A stretch of 64,000 bases of DNA, taken from positions 89,034,001 to 89,098,000 of the forward strand of contig CM059432.1 in the NCBI GenBank assembly GCA_030390025.1, given 5' to 3'. Made by a program: the position numbers and the translations under genes. Each line of letters starts with the position of its first letter. The stretch's first letter is position 1. Of this stretch, positions 23,237 through 36,605 are shown piece after piece. Under the pieces are notes generated by a model that was given only the letters and a program-made list of their open reading frames with translations, was not told the origin of the DNA and searched no databases. This stretch comes from Squalus acanthias. Taxonomy: Eukaryota.

Positions 23237-26200
23237 ATGATTACATTGATCTCGATAAATGTGAACGGCTGAGGGGTGAGAAGAAATTGCAGCAGTTGTT
23301 GCAGTGTTTTAAAGGCACTGACTTGTTGTGTCTGCAAGAAACCTTTTGGGATGAGGATATCCTAGAAAGAGTTCGGAAGGTTTGGAAGGGAGAGGTGTTT
23401 GCAAGTTGTGCAAACAATAACCGTAGAGGGGTGGCTGTTTTGGTGAGTCTGTCCATAAAAGGGAGTGTTGCCTTGGTGGATAAGGACACTGAGGGGAGAT
23501 TTTTACAGCTAAGGGTAAAAATGGTGGAACTTAATTGCGATCTCTTTAATATCTATGCACCGAACGACCATTGCAAGCGTCATGAGTTTTTTCGGTGGTT
23601 ATTCACTGAAGTGGCAGAGGTGGAAAACCCTTGTATAGTGGGGGATTTTAATGTATTTTTATCTCAGATGGACATTTCAGCCCAGATGACCTTTAAGGAT
23701 GATAACTCCAGAGGGATGATTGTAAAAATGATGGCAAATTTAAATTTGAGAGACTTCTGGAGGGACCGGAACCCCATAAAAAGGGAGTCCTCCAGAATAG
23801 GTTGGGTGGGTGATGTTTTAAAACAGAGCTGAATAGATTTTGTGTTAATGCAGGAAGGGTTAAGTTCTGAGGTGATGGAGATTTATTACAAAAAACTATT
23901 TTTTAGTGACCACTCGGCTTTGACTCTTAGAATTAGGAACAGCAGAGTTAAGATCGGTCCAGGGGTGTGGATTTTAAACAATCAATACCTGAAAGAAATT
24001 GCTTATAAAGAAGGGATTTAAAATATAATAAAGAATGCTCAGAAGGAACCTTTGTTCTTGAAAGAAAGAAGAGTTTGGTGGGACAATTTCAAATATGAGG
24101 TAAAAGTTTTTTCGGTACGTTATGGGAAAGAGAGAGCAGCAGCTAACCGGCATCAAGAGGAGAATATAAACAAAAGGTTTATGGATGTCTGTAAAGCAGT
24201 TGACGGAATGGATAAGGGAGCTGAGACTAAGTTCCGGGTTTTAAAGGAAGAGTGGGAATTATTGCAAGCTGAAAATGCAAGGGGGCCATTCTCCGTGCAG
24301 AGGCTAAAGATGCATTGGAGGGTGAAAGATGCACTAGATATTTTCTAGAGCAAGAGAAGCTGCAACAGAGATTATCATTAATTGGAGATTTGAAGGTTGG
24401 GGAGAAGTACATTAATGAAAGTGGGGAGATTGTAGAGGCGGCTAGCAGCTTTTATCAAGAGTTATATACAAAGGAAGACATTTCCAATTTGACGATGGAG
24501 AAGGTTAGTGCTTTTATTGAAGAGGTTTTAAAGGAGGATGAGAGAAGCATGTGTGACAAAGAAGTAGGATTAGCGGAAATAAAAGTAGCAATAAATGGAA
24601 TGAAGGGGGGGGAGAAAAGCCCAGGGTCTGATGGACAAAGTGCAGAATTTTATGAAGAATTTTTTTAGATTTTAAGTCCATTGCTCTTAGAGGTTTTTAA
24701 GGAGATTAAAATTGAGGGAAGCCTGGCCCCATCTATGAGGAGAGGTGTCATAAGCTTAGCTTATAAAAATAAAGGGGATAGAAGGGATCTGAAGAATTGG
24801 AGGCCCATCACATTATTAAATGTGGATTATAAGATCCACATTTGGATTATTATTGGAGGGTTATGGCAAATCGTATGAAGGAGGTGTTGCCGCAGATAGT
24901 TTTGCCCTCTCAGTCCTATGGAGTCATAGGCCGGGACATCGCAGACTCTGTGGTCTCAATCCGAGATGCGATACAGCTCATGGAAGAGAGTGGGAGGGAG
25001 GCTTATGTATTAAAGATAGATCAAGAGAAAGCCTTTGATAGGGTCTCTCATGAGTTTTTATTGATGGTTTTGGAAGCATTTGGTTTTGGGGGAAATTTCA
25101 TTGAGTGGATAAGGATTTTTTATTCAAACATATTTAGCTGCGTTAAATGTAATGGTTTTTTATCCAAGTATTTTCCGATACAGAGGTCAGTGAGACAGGG
25201 TTGTCCCTGTCCCCATTGTTGTACACATTGGTAGCAGAACCATTAGGTCACATGATGCGAAAGAAGCAAGGTGTAGTTGGGATTGCGGTTCCCAGTTCCG
25301 GGCTGGTGTCGGTGATACACCAATATGCAGATGACACAACCTTAACATTGAGAAATGAAGAGTCAGTGAGGAAAGCTATGGACGTAGTGGAAGAATATTG
25401 TAGAGCTTCAGGAACCAGAGTGAATTATAGTAAGTCCCAATGCCTGGTTGCAGGAAGGGGTAGGGGGGAATGGTTAGAGGAAAGTCCCTTTAAGGTGGTG
25501 GAGGTTTTGGAAGTTCTGGGGGTGCATATGGGGTGCAAGAAAGACAGGGATGAAGTGGATCGATTAAATTGGGAACCAAAGATTATGATAATTAAAAAGA
25601 TTTTGGGAAGATGGGAAAGAAGGTGGTTGAAAGTGCAAGGAAGAGCGACAGTGGTGTCCGCTCTCCTGCTATCTAAGCTATGGTACTTATTGATGGTGGA
25701 GGATATTCCTGAGTGGGTGGAAAAGTCCATCCGAGAGGCTTGTGTGAGGTTTTTATGGGAAGGGAAACCAGCCTTGGTTGCTTACAATACCATCATTGGA
25801 TGGAGAAATCAGGGAGGACTCAATTTCCCAGATATTGATTTGAAGAAAAAATCCTTTTGAATCAAATGGGTGAAGAGATTTCTTCAGAAGTCAAATACAA
25901 ATTTTTGGAAGAGTTGTTTTGAGCATTTTTAAAAACGAAGTGGGATAGGATGGCAGGGGATATTGTATATCGAATACAATAATATGTTTTTGAAATCGAT
26001 TAAACCTCTCCCTAGGTTTTATAAGGGGGTTGTAGAGACTTGGGCCCAATTTTTAAAAAGTGTGCAGTTTATGCCTAAGGGTGCTAAGGAATTTTTAGAA
26101 CAGCTCTTATTTTTGAACAGGTGGGTCAACATTGAAGTGGAGGTATTATTTAATCAAGCTTTTATAAAAGCTGGTATTACATGTGTGAAAGATGTATTAT

Positions 26201-26767
26201 ATGAGGTAATTCAGGTTGGTTGCCAGAAGCGATAGTGAGGGACATGGTGTGGGAGGAGGATCAGGAGGTAGAGGAAAAAGCAATTATGATCATGTATGAG
26301 AAGATTGTGAGGGCATTGCCACAGGATTGGATGGAAGAAATAAATACGGAAATCTCCAAAGGAAGTAAAATGTGTCCCGCTTTTCCAAGCTTTCTGCTGG
26401 AGAAATGGGGAGAGTTGGTTCAATTTGACAACTGTAATACTCGAGATTTCTATGAGGTATTTAGAGAATAGAGATTAAAGACAACTGCTGGACAAGAGTT
26501 TTGGCAGAGTATATACCCACAGCTGGACTTCAACAGGATTTGGAAGGGAGTGTGGGCGAATTTTGAATGTCCAGAGTGGATTGAACTGGATTTTAAATTG
26601 GCTCATAACCGAACTTTTACCATGATGGTCTTGTGTAAGATTGGGCGAGTGGAGGGGGCAACTTGCCCAGTGTGTGAGACACGGGATGAGACTCTGTCCC
26701 ATTTACTGGTGTTATGTCCGCAGTTAAATGATTTTAAGTACTATGTTAGACAGTTGTGTGAGGTTTT
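23237..26767 (+). pseudogene. Tx1 ORF2 (APE, RT, CCHC); C-terminus continues at ~41080-41420
   Basis: MITLISINVNGLR, LQET, NIYAPN, GDFN, KSPGSDG, WRPITLLNVDYKI, DQEKAFD, RQGCP, QYADD and CPVC...H....C; multiple disablements. Confidence 0.9.
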
Positions 26768-27015
26768 ATGCTAGAGTCCATTATAAAAGATGTAATAGCA
26801 GAGCACTTGGAAAACAGTGACAGGATCGGACAAAGTCAACATGGATTTACAAAAGGTGAATCATGCTTGACTAATCTACTGGAATTTTTTGAGGATGTAA
26901 CTGGTAGAATAGATAAGGGAGAACCAGTGGATGTGGTGTATTTGGACTTTCAGAAGGCTTTCGATAAGGTCCTGCATAAGAGATTAGCGTGCAAAGTTAA
27001 AGCACATGGGATTGG

Positions 27016-27635
27016 TGAAAGGGTTAAAAGAGCTAAAATGAGGAAATTAAGGAACCAAGCATATATCCAACCATATAAAGAGTGGTTCTGAACAAGTTGA
27101 AAAGGGGGAAGTATGATGTAACATGGTCAAGACTACACACTACAAATCACTAATTGAGTAAAATATTAGAAATAACCTTGGAGTCGCGGTTGCTTTGGTG
27201 AAATCTTTCAAAGCAGTTTTAATTGGAATTACTTGAATTTAACCTTGGAGTTGCCAGATTAATGTGCACACGAACTGCAAGAAGTTGCACCTGAGAACAA
27301 CTATTTTGCACCCTGAAACCAACTATTTTGCATCCGAAACCGACTATTTGCACCCGAAACCACCTGGGGGATGCAATAAATGTATATATGTAATGTAAAT
27401 GATTGTCGGACAATAGCCACGACTCAGAACAAAAACTGTATATAAAGTAAAAGATTTTCAGCGATCGGAGAGCATTCGTCCTAAGATGAGTGTCTCCCCT
27501 GTCGACTTGTAATAAAGTTAATTTACTGGATGAACCTCCGGACTCCGAGCGATTGATTGGGAATAAGGCGGACATTGACCCTTTATATCAGAGGCTCCGT
27601 CTCTGGGAGAAGAAGCTCTCCCAGTTTACCCTACA
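27016..27635 (+). repeat. ERV-B 5' LTR (620 bp)
   Basis: Direct repeat of 39371-39948; TATATAAA at ~27440 and AATAAA at ~27511. Confidence 0.95.
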
Positions 27636-27638
27636 TCT

Positions 27639-27656
27639 TGGCGTAGTCGGCAGGAT
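27639..27656 (+). promoter_or_regulatory. ERV-B primer binding site, tRNA-Ser
   Basis: TGGCGTAGTCGGCAGGAT is an 18-nt complement of the tRNA-Ser 3' end (ATCCTGCCGACTACGCCA). Confidence 0.92.
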
Positions 27657-28209
27657 CTACCGGACGGGCTGAGTAGAGACATTGGGCTCGAATTTCATCG
27701 GGCCGTTGAGGCGGGATTGGAGGTGTGTGGGTGGTTAAAATTGCAAAAACTGGCAGGCGGGCCCAACCCGCCTCCATCCTGCCTCCAAGCAATTTTCATT
27801 AAATCGTGTCTACTGGTCCCGTCTCCGTCCCGCCTCCAAGAGGCGGGCTAGGCCGTTAAGGCCCTTAAGCACTAAATTGCCTCTATAATGCCATTTTGAT
27901 AGGTCTTTGTGATTGTAACCCTTTTCCCACGTGAAGCACGCCTGTTCTGAAACATGACAGTGAAACCTGGCGGTAGCACAATTGGATTGCTGACTATCAG
28001 CTGCAGCTCAACCATTAAATAGGAGATTTGATCAGCTGTCATTTGTAGGTGGCAGGACTTTGCTCTCTCAGGTCTGGGGGAACTTTTAGAAGGCGTAACC
28101 ACAGCTGTGGAAGTTTGGAGCCTGACACCCATCTCCAGTGTGACCTCCTGGGAAACCCCTCTCGCCACCTTGACTGAGCGCTTCCTCAACTGAGGCATAT
28201 ACCAGAAGC

Positions 28210-29852
28210 ATGGGAGCCATTTATTTCCTTCCCTTCTGGACATCAGATGAGGACGAAGACCAGCCACGGCACCAGCAGAACCATGAACAGCAGCAGCACC
28301 AATAGCAGCAGCACCAACAGCAGCAGCAACAACAGGAGCGCCAAGCTGCTGCTCACCCACCTGAAGCTGCACAGGCCAGAAGGGGCAAGCGCATGGAAGC
28401 CCGTCGGCACAGGAGATACCCCGCAAACAGGGTCTACAGACACAGGGACAGCTACCTCAACATGTCTGAGCAGCAGTGCCAAAGGCGGCTCCGACTTTCG
28501 CGAGAGGTAGTGGGTGACATCTGTGCAATGCTACAACAAGACCTGGAGCCAGAGGACCAGGTGGACACCCCTTACCAGTGGCCCTCAAAGTCACCACTGC
28601 ACTCAACTTTTTTGCCTCAGGCTCATTCCAGGGATCAGCAGCAGACATCAGCGGCATCTCCCAGGCGGCCGCACACACTTGCATCATGCAGGTAACCGAT
28701 GCCCTCTTTGCCATCGCGCACAATCACATCCATTTCACCAAGGATCGAGCAAGTGTCACGGCGCATGCGGTTGGTTTAGCTAATCTGGCAGGCTTTCCAA
28801 GGGTCCAGGGTGTAGTTGACTGCGCACATGTGGCCCTTAAGGCACCCCATCGCAATCCAGGTATTTTTGTCAACCGCAAGGGCTTCCACTCCCTCAACGT
28901 GCAGCTGGTGTGTGACCACAAGAAGGAAATTTTGCATGTTTGTGCCAAGTACCCTGGCAGTTGCCATGACTCCTTCATACTGCACCAGTCTAGTGTGCCT
29001 CCACTATTCAGTTCACCAGACCAACTTGACGGATGGCTACTGGAGACAAAGGCTATCCCCTGAAGACGAGGCTAATGACGCCGTTGAGGAGCCCATCCAA
29101 CGAAGCTGAGGAGAGCCACAACTCCAGCCACATGTCCACCAGAGCCATAATAAGGGGCTGCTCTTTCAAAACTGAGATGAGGAGAAACTTCTTCACTCAG
29201 AGGGTGGTAGGTCTGTGGAATTTGCTGCCCCAGGAAGCTGTGGAAGCTACATCATTAAATAAATTTAAAACAGAAATAGACAGTTTCCTAGAAGTAAAGG
29301 GAATTAGGGGTTACGGGGAGCGGGCAGGAAACTGGACATGAGGCTGAGTTCGGATCGGTCAAGGCCCTGTGGGTGGCGGAGCGGGCTGAGTGGCCGGGTC
29401 CTGCTCCTACTTCTTGTGTTCTTTAGATTTGAGGTTAGGATCAGATCAGCCATGATCTTATTGAATGGCGGAGCAGGCTCGAGGGGCCGATTGGCCTACT
29501 CCTGCTCCTATTTCTTATGTTCTTATGTTCTTATAATCGAGCAAACCATCGGTTTGCAGAAGATGCGCTTCAGATGCCTGGATAGATCAGGTGGAGCCCT
29601 ACAGTACTCAGCAGCCAGAGTCTCCAGAATCATTGTGGTTTGCTGTTCACTTCACAACATGGCACAGCGTCGTAGCTTGCTGATTCCTGAGGACCAAGTG
29701 GCTCGTCACATATCCTCCTCAGATGAGGAGGAGGAGGAGGAGGAGAGAGAAAACGAACATCTTGCTGAGGCCCATCAACCAGCAGCAGCAGTACACGAGA
29801 ACATTGCTGCCCGGGATGCATGGAAAGACTCATCTTGGCCAGATTTGCTTAG
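28210..29852 (+). pseudogene. Harbinger copy 3 transposase (stops, frameshifts, CR1 insertion)
   Basis: VVDCAH, HDS, GDKGY and IEQTIG in broken frames. Confidence 0.9.
29152..29532 (+). mobile_element. CR1 3' fragment (same subfamily as 15142-18037)
   Basis: Near-identical to the reverse complement of 15142-15530; flanked by an ATAAT duplication. Confidence 0.92.
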
Positions 29853-30109
29853 CCTAGCCAATCAAGCACTTTTGCCTCACAGCTTCTTACCTGAGCATCG
29901 ACAATTGCCAAGAACCAGCGGATTCCTAGCAATTTGAACACCATACTGACAATTGCAAGTAATCCTAAGCCCTCAATGTGGAAGTCCCATTCGCGAAATG
30001 ACACACGCCACAACTACAGCAGTAGCCATCAGATTTTTTATTTACAGTAATCATCTGATGGCTTTTTAACATAAAACATTAAAATTCACCCAAGTGACTA
30101 CCCTTGTGA

Positions 30110-32078
30110 CTATTTGTGCACTATCTTTCTCTTACGCGTGCTCCTATGTGGTGCTTCCCCTCTGGCTTCAGCAGATGTGGAGGCCCCTTGCTCACTTTCT
30201 GCTGCTCCTGTCTCGACACCTTTGGCGGGCGTCCTCTGGGGTTGCAAACCTGTGAGGGCGCGCCAACAGTCTGCTGCTCCTGTGGCTATGCAGGGGTTGA
30301 GACGCCGATCTCAGTTGGGTGCGGACTCTGGTGGGGCTTTGACCGAGGACTTGTCAGTGGCATGGAAGTGTGAGCGCTTGGAGAGGAGCCTCCACTTCCT
30401 TGTTCTCTGCAAACAACATCCCTCTCATGGGTCAGGTCCACCTCAGCGCTTGCAAGTGGATTGAGAGCACCTTGCTGCACATCAGGGCGGCCATGGGGAC
30501 CCGTATCTGCACTGGAAGTCCTACTCAGAAGGACTTCCATGAAGGTCTGGTTTCTGTGTTCAATAGATGACCATCGCTCCTCCAGAGATATCATTCTATT
30601 CTGAACACTCACCATGTTTTCTGCACTCTGGCGACTTATCGCCTTCATGGCCGCAGCCATCCTCTCTACTGTAGCCATCCTTTCGACGGAAGTTGCCATC
30701 ATTTGCACGGAGGTTGCCATCCTTTCCGTGGTGATGTGTTCATGCGCCAATGCCTCCACAAAGGCTCTGCTCATGTTCACAATGGACTCCTCCATTCGCT
30801 CCACACTCGCAGCGACCCTGGAGACAAAACCTGCCAGAGACTCCTGCATCTGTTCCTGGAGTTCCAGCACCGCTGATCTTATGGATGGACCCAACGGCAG
30901 AGGGTCGACATGCAGCTGAGCCAAGCTGGGAGAGTCCTGCGCCCTCTGACTAGAAATCTCCACTGCTGTCCCTGTCTCCACTATCTGCTGATGCTCACTT
31001 GTGAGCTGTGATACACCAGGTGACAACACTACTCTATCTCGCGATGTTCCCTCCGAGGTGTGAGTGTCTGCGCTGGTGCTGGGTGCGCTGAATTCTGCTG
31101 ACGCTGCGCCCTCAGAGGTTGCAGCTTCCTCTGAGGAGGCTTGAGGCTCATGCTCTTCACCTGGATAGTGGGGACGGGTGCTTGCGATGGTCCTGGGGGG
31201 GAGTAAAGGAAAGAGTCAAAGATGTGAGGCCAAGGTTACGTGCATATTGCAGATGATCATAAGTCCATCTGTTAGTGCTTCAGAATCATTATCAGTGACT
31301 CATGCAATGTCATTGAGAGAGATGGAAAACTATTCTGTCACCAGCTTGCTGTGATGCGCCCGTCTGTCCGTCCCCTACTTGGGAATCTTCCTCCACTCCC
31401 ACCATCTCCAGGACCGCCTCCTCCCAGGTGGTGAGCTGGGCTACTGAGGGTGGCCCTCCTCCTGTCCTCGCTCTTTCCCTCTTATTGTGAGCCCTTTTTT
31501 CCTGCAATGAGGGAGACAAGTGGAGTTTGAGTGAGAATGAAGGAGTGAGTGTAGAGAATCCATAGCATAGATGCTTAGAAGGAGACAAAGATGGAGTGAG
31601 GTGGCAAGACCAAGGGCCCTCCCTGTGAGTTGTAAGTTGTAATTGCATCACAGTGATAGGGAGTGTGAGGGCTGCATAGTCGAATAGTTAGGTGAATGTG
31701 ACCATAGAGAGAGAGGGAATGGGTAAGGGTGCATGGATGTCAGTGTCAAGTGGGATGTGGCGGAAGAGATTGCTAAAGCTGAGTGCTGGTGAGAGAGGCA
31801 ATGGGGATCAGATTGAGGGTGATGGGAAATTCATACTCACTTTTCCTGTGCGTAGAAGGTCATGAAGCCGCTTCCTGCACTGACGCCAGGTTCTGCGGGT
31901 TATTGACAGAGTTGACCTCCTCTGCCACCTGGATCCACACAGCCTTGGTTTGCTGGGGAGGCTTCTTCCTCCCTGAAGAAGGAAAGAGCACCTCTCTGTT
32001 TGCTCTTGCTCCCTCTACTAAAGCCTGCAGGGCAACGTCATCAAAGCGGGGTGCAGACCTAGGTCTCTGGCTGGCCAT
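30110..32078 (-). pseudogene. Harbinger copy 3 Myb/SANT-like gene, frameshifted
   Basis: MASQRPRSAPRFDDVALQALVEGA...; same three-exon layout as copy 4. Confidence 0.88.
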
Positions 32079-32628
32079 TCTTCCTGCAGGTGCCTCTAAC
32101 ATGCAAGGGCAAAAGCTTGGCAGTCTGCAGAAGAAGCAAGGCTTGTTGCAGACCTTAAATGCAGCAGCAATGATGACGTCATCGGAGGCGACTTTCAGAC
32201 TGGAAAAACTCACTGGCCATGGGTTCCCACACGTTGGAACTTAATTGGCCAATTAGGTTAAAATGGCATCATTCTCCCACATCGATTTAGAATCGGGTGG
32301 CTAACACGAAATGCAGATTACACGACCCCAGCCCACCCCAGTATCAAAATCCAGCCCATTGTCTCCTTGCATCGAAGCCCAAGGCCGGAGATCCAACGAA
32401 TCTGAGGCAGAGTCCGGATACGTGAGCAAAACAACTTAGGTGCGCGTTTGGACATTGTAAAAATGAAAATGTCTGAATAAGTTGTGGAGCTTGGGTTATA
32501 TAGGATTGGATATAGGGAAAATCCAATCTAGGCGGAGTTAAAACCGCATAAGCAGGGAAGGTCCCTGAAGGTCCGGGGAAGTCCCGGAGGTAATAAACAG
32601 GGGGAACTAGCAAATCCATCCTGAAAGA

Positions 32629-32862
32629 ATGGCGAACAAAGAGGACGCCAAAAGATCTAAACTCCCGTACGAGTTTGTACGAGACAAATATGAAAAGGTT
32701 ATGGGGAAGATGATTAAGAAAGGCTATGAGTCAGGAAACAAACCGAAATGGAAAAACAATTGGTGGATGCAACAGAAAGGGAGTAAGGAGGATGAGGCAA
32801 TAGTGGTTTGTGTAGAAACAGGACATAAGTATTGCGAGAAGAAAGGTAAATGTCCCCTTTGA
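32629..32862 (+). pseudogene. gag: ERV-B gag N-terminal remnant
   Basis: Positioned after the leader; weak similarity to the ERV-A gag N-terminus (KM.K.G). Capsid, nucleocapsid and protease are not seen downstream. Confidence 0.5.
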
Positions 32863-33688
32863 AAAAGTGATAAACTTTATTCCGGGAAGTCTGTCTCAAA
32901 AAACCACAATGGGTTAAGAGAGAAACATAGCCATGTGGTTAAGCATAAAGTGCAGGAGAGAGAGGGAGAGATAAAGAAGGAAAAAGATCTAATTTGCAGG
33001 CTAACCAATCTGAAAACTCAGCAAAGGAAGGGAAAAAACAGGGATTTGGAAAGTCAGGAAAAGCTGCTGAGACGCCGATGTAAAAAGAAGAAAAAAAAGA
33101 GAAATTTAAAGTTTTACCGACATGGAAGTTATTAATGTCTGTGCCGAGACAAATAAAACACAAGATTTGCTGAGTGAAAGGAATCTTAAAAGGAATGCTG
33201 GGATCTCAGTTTGAGTGAAAGTGTGTTTTAAAGGTGAAAGTTTTCCTGACTGTGAATGTTTAAGAAGTTACAGTATTTCTTTTGTCTGAAAGTCTGTCTT
33301 TAAAAAGTGTCTGTCATTTTTGTTTTAGCTCCACCCACTCTTTTGTACAGCGAGCTAAAAGCTGTTTAACCCTTTGAAGACTTATCTTGAAGGATGGACA
33401 AGCGTGTGTTGTTTTAAGTTTGTTAATTGTTTTACGAAAGATAAGCTTCAGCCTTGAAGTCACAGATGCCAATGTGCCTGGAAGAAAATGAATTTGAATG
33501 TTTACAAGGCATGGGTAATTGTTTCTTTGTTAATGTGGCTCTGGTTTCTTTCTTTTCCAAGTGATACTGGTTAGTTAAGAAAAAATTGATCTGGATTAAA
33601 TTGGAGTTATGAGGTTAATTAACCTATCGAAACCAGACTTTTATTGTGACCACGGTGAAATTTTGTTTGGTGTAAATTTGTGTAGACC

Positions 33689-36598
33689 GCATTGAATAAG
33701 ATAACTCCGCGACAATATCCGATAGTGGCGAACCCGTCCACCATCCTACATGACCTAGACCCTAAGGCCAAAGTGTTTACGGTGTTAGATATAGAAAATG
33801 GGTTCTGGAGTTTGCCCTTGGACCAAGAGTCCCAGGACAAATTTGCATTCACAGTAGGAAATCAACAATATACGTGGACCCGGTTACCTCAGGGATTGCA
33901 CAACAGCCCGGCAATTTTTCACCAAGCAATGGCAGAAGCCATGGAAAAGGTGGACTTGAAACCAGAAGAAAGTACCATCACCCAATATGTAGATGCCCTG
34001 TTAATAGCATCCCCAAACATGGAAAGCCATTTATGAGCCCTAACTAAGGTGTTGGGAGCCCTGAGAAAGATGGGGTTTAAAGCCTCACCCCGGAAAGCCC
34101 AGATAGCCCAAAAACAATTACAATATTTGGGACACAGGATAAGTAGGGGACAGAAAGAAATGATGGAGGAGCGAAGACAGGCCATTAGGGACATGCCAAG
34201 GCCTGTAAATGTAAGAGGGTACGAAAGGTGCTGGGATTATTTAAATACAGCCGGAACTTTATACCACCCTAGTGGAACCAATACAGAAACTGGTCAAAGG
34301 TACAAAGGGACCTATGGAAGGGATAGATTGGGGAACTGAGCAAGAAGAGGCATACAACACCCTTAAGCAAGAACTTATAACGGCCCCTGCATTAGGACTG
34401 CCAGACCATACCCGACCCTTCCACTTGTACTGTGACCAGGACCAAGGGAGTTATTCAGCCGTGGTAATGCAAGATCACGGAGGGAAACAGAGACCCGTTG
34501 CGTATTACTCCACCAAGAGAGATCCAGTAGCGAAGGCAATGCCACGATGTGTGGCTGCAATAGATTGTGCCACATGGGCGGTGCGAGTAAGCGAACCAAT
34601 AGTGATGATAGGAAAGGTAATTTTGCATACCCAACATACCTTAGTGGAACTACTTAACACAGGAAAATTGCGAACCATATCGGATAGCAGAAAGGCTAAA
34701 TGGGAAGCTATATTACTCCCTAGGGATGGAACTGTGATAATACAAAAACATACCGGGGTTAATCCAGCCACGGGCATATTAACGGAAGGGGAGGAACAGA
34801 GCTGTCAGATGAAAATGGAGGAAGAAATAGGCAGTGGAGTAAAGGAAGTCCCACTGGAAAACCCCGATATGGTGATTTATGTAGATGGATCCCGAAAATA
34901 TATCAACGGAGAACTCAGAACAGGGTGGGCCGTAGTAAATCAGGAGGGAAAGACCCTATTTAAGGAGCCCTATATGGAGATAAGTCAGCACAGGTAGCGG
35001 AGCTAGTGGCCCTAATAAAAGCATTGGAAATGGCAAAGAACAAATGGGTAAATGTCTACACGGATAGCCGATATGCCTTTGGAGTGGTGCATGATTATAT
35101 GACACTATGGGCCCGGAGGGGTTATATGACCTCCACTGGAGAGGTAGTAAAACATGGAAAACTAATAGAAAGGTTAGTTAAGGCTGCATGGGCACCCTTA
35201 GAAACCGCGGTAATTAAAATAAAGGCCCACACGAAGATAGACATGGACTCACAAGAACCCCAGGACCCGGCCCCCATAGGGACTAGGTATGCGGACTTAG
35301 CTGCAAAATTAGCTGCGGAAGAAATGCAACCAGAGACCGCGTTTAAAAACAAAATAAATATGGTCATGACGGTCAGTGGGCTACAGGAAGTGAATATAAT
35401 GGAAGTACAAGAAAATACTAGTAAAGAGGAAAAGGAGAAATGGAGACAAGCTGGCACGCAATTACAAGATGGAATTTGGAAATGGGGCCCACGTAACCGG
35501 GTGGTGGCACCGGAATGTTGTAGGCAACAGCTGATGGCGCTATACCATGGCGTAACACATACAGGCAGAAGTGACATGTTACACCTACTGACACAGTACT
35601 GGTGGTGGCTGAAGATGGGTCGAGAACTGGCAAGGTATTGCCACCGTTGTATAATATGCGCTCAAAGTAATGTAGGACAGAGATGTAGAGTTAGAGTAGC
35701 ACACCAACCCAGGCCCCAAGGACCCTGGGAAAACTTACAGATTGACTTTACCGGCCCCTTCGCGCAGGACCGGGGGAAGAAATATTGCCTGGTAATAATT
35801 GATCAATTTACCAGGTGGGTGGAAGCCTTTGCCACCCGAGATTGCTCTGCAAAAACAGTTGCACTAATATTGGCTACCGAGGTTATACCCCGTTGGGGAA
35901 TGCCTCTGCAAATTGACTCAGACAATGGCACCCACTTTACCGGTAAAATAATGAGAGAAACATGTAAGCTGTTACACGGAACACAAAAATACCACATACC
36001 ATATCACCCCCGGAGCTCGGGGATGGTAGAAAGAATGAATAGGACACTGAAAAACGCGCTGACAAAAGCCATCCAAGAAACAGGGAAGGGATGGTCAGAA
36101 TTACTACCCAGCATATTAATGAGGCTGTGAGCCACCCCAGGACGTACGACTGGACTGACCCCATATGAATTAATGACAGGACGAGCGATGAGACTGCCAG
36201 AGGATCTGGCTGGAGGGGTGGGAGAACCAGGACCAGTACAAGATAGATTAAGACGATATTTAGTACAACTAAACCAGGAGGTACAAGCACTAAATACAGA
36301 AGTAAGGAACCAGCAACAGATTAAAGATCTAGAGAGACAAAATACTGGACTTAAACCAGAGGAGTTGCCCAAAATAGGCCAACAGGTAATGACACAAGTT
36401 ATTGGAAGAAAGGGAATGGAACCTCGTTGGATGGGGCCATATACTGTATTAATCACAAGTGATCCATGTGTTTGTCTACAGGAACCGACGGGCATGCGAT
36501 GGAAGCACTGGACCCAGGTGAAACCATTTAACACTAAAGATCCCCATTCTACCCTCTCCTCTAGGGAAAAGAGCTCGGAAAACGATGGACTAAGATAA
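33689..36598 (+). pseudogene. pol: ERV-B pol: RT, connection/tether, retroviral-type RNase H, integrase
   Basis: LDIENGFW, RLPQGLHNSP, YVDA (mutated YVDD), APALGLPD tether, VDGS...AELVAL...YTDSRY RNase H, HGVTH...CHRCIIC zinc finger, D,D35E core and GPY motif. Confidence 0.93.
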
Positions 36599-36605
36599 CC
36601 GTACC

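Larger units (their letters stand above)
27684..32357 (+). mobile_element. Harbinger copy 3, inserted in the ERV-B leader
   Basis: TIRs GGGCTCGAATTT...AAAATCCAGCCC, TSD ATT. Confidence 0.95.

Noticed and set aside
27295..27362. CRISPR-like repeat array
   Set aside because: Tandem units with no spacers, inside a eukaryotic LTR.
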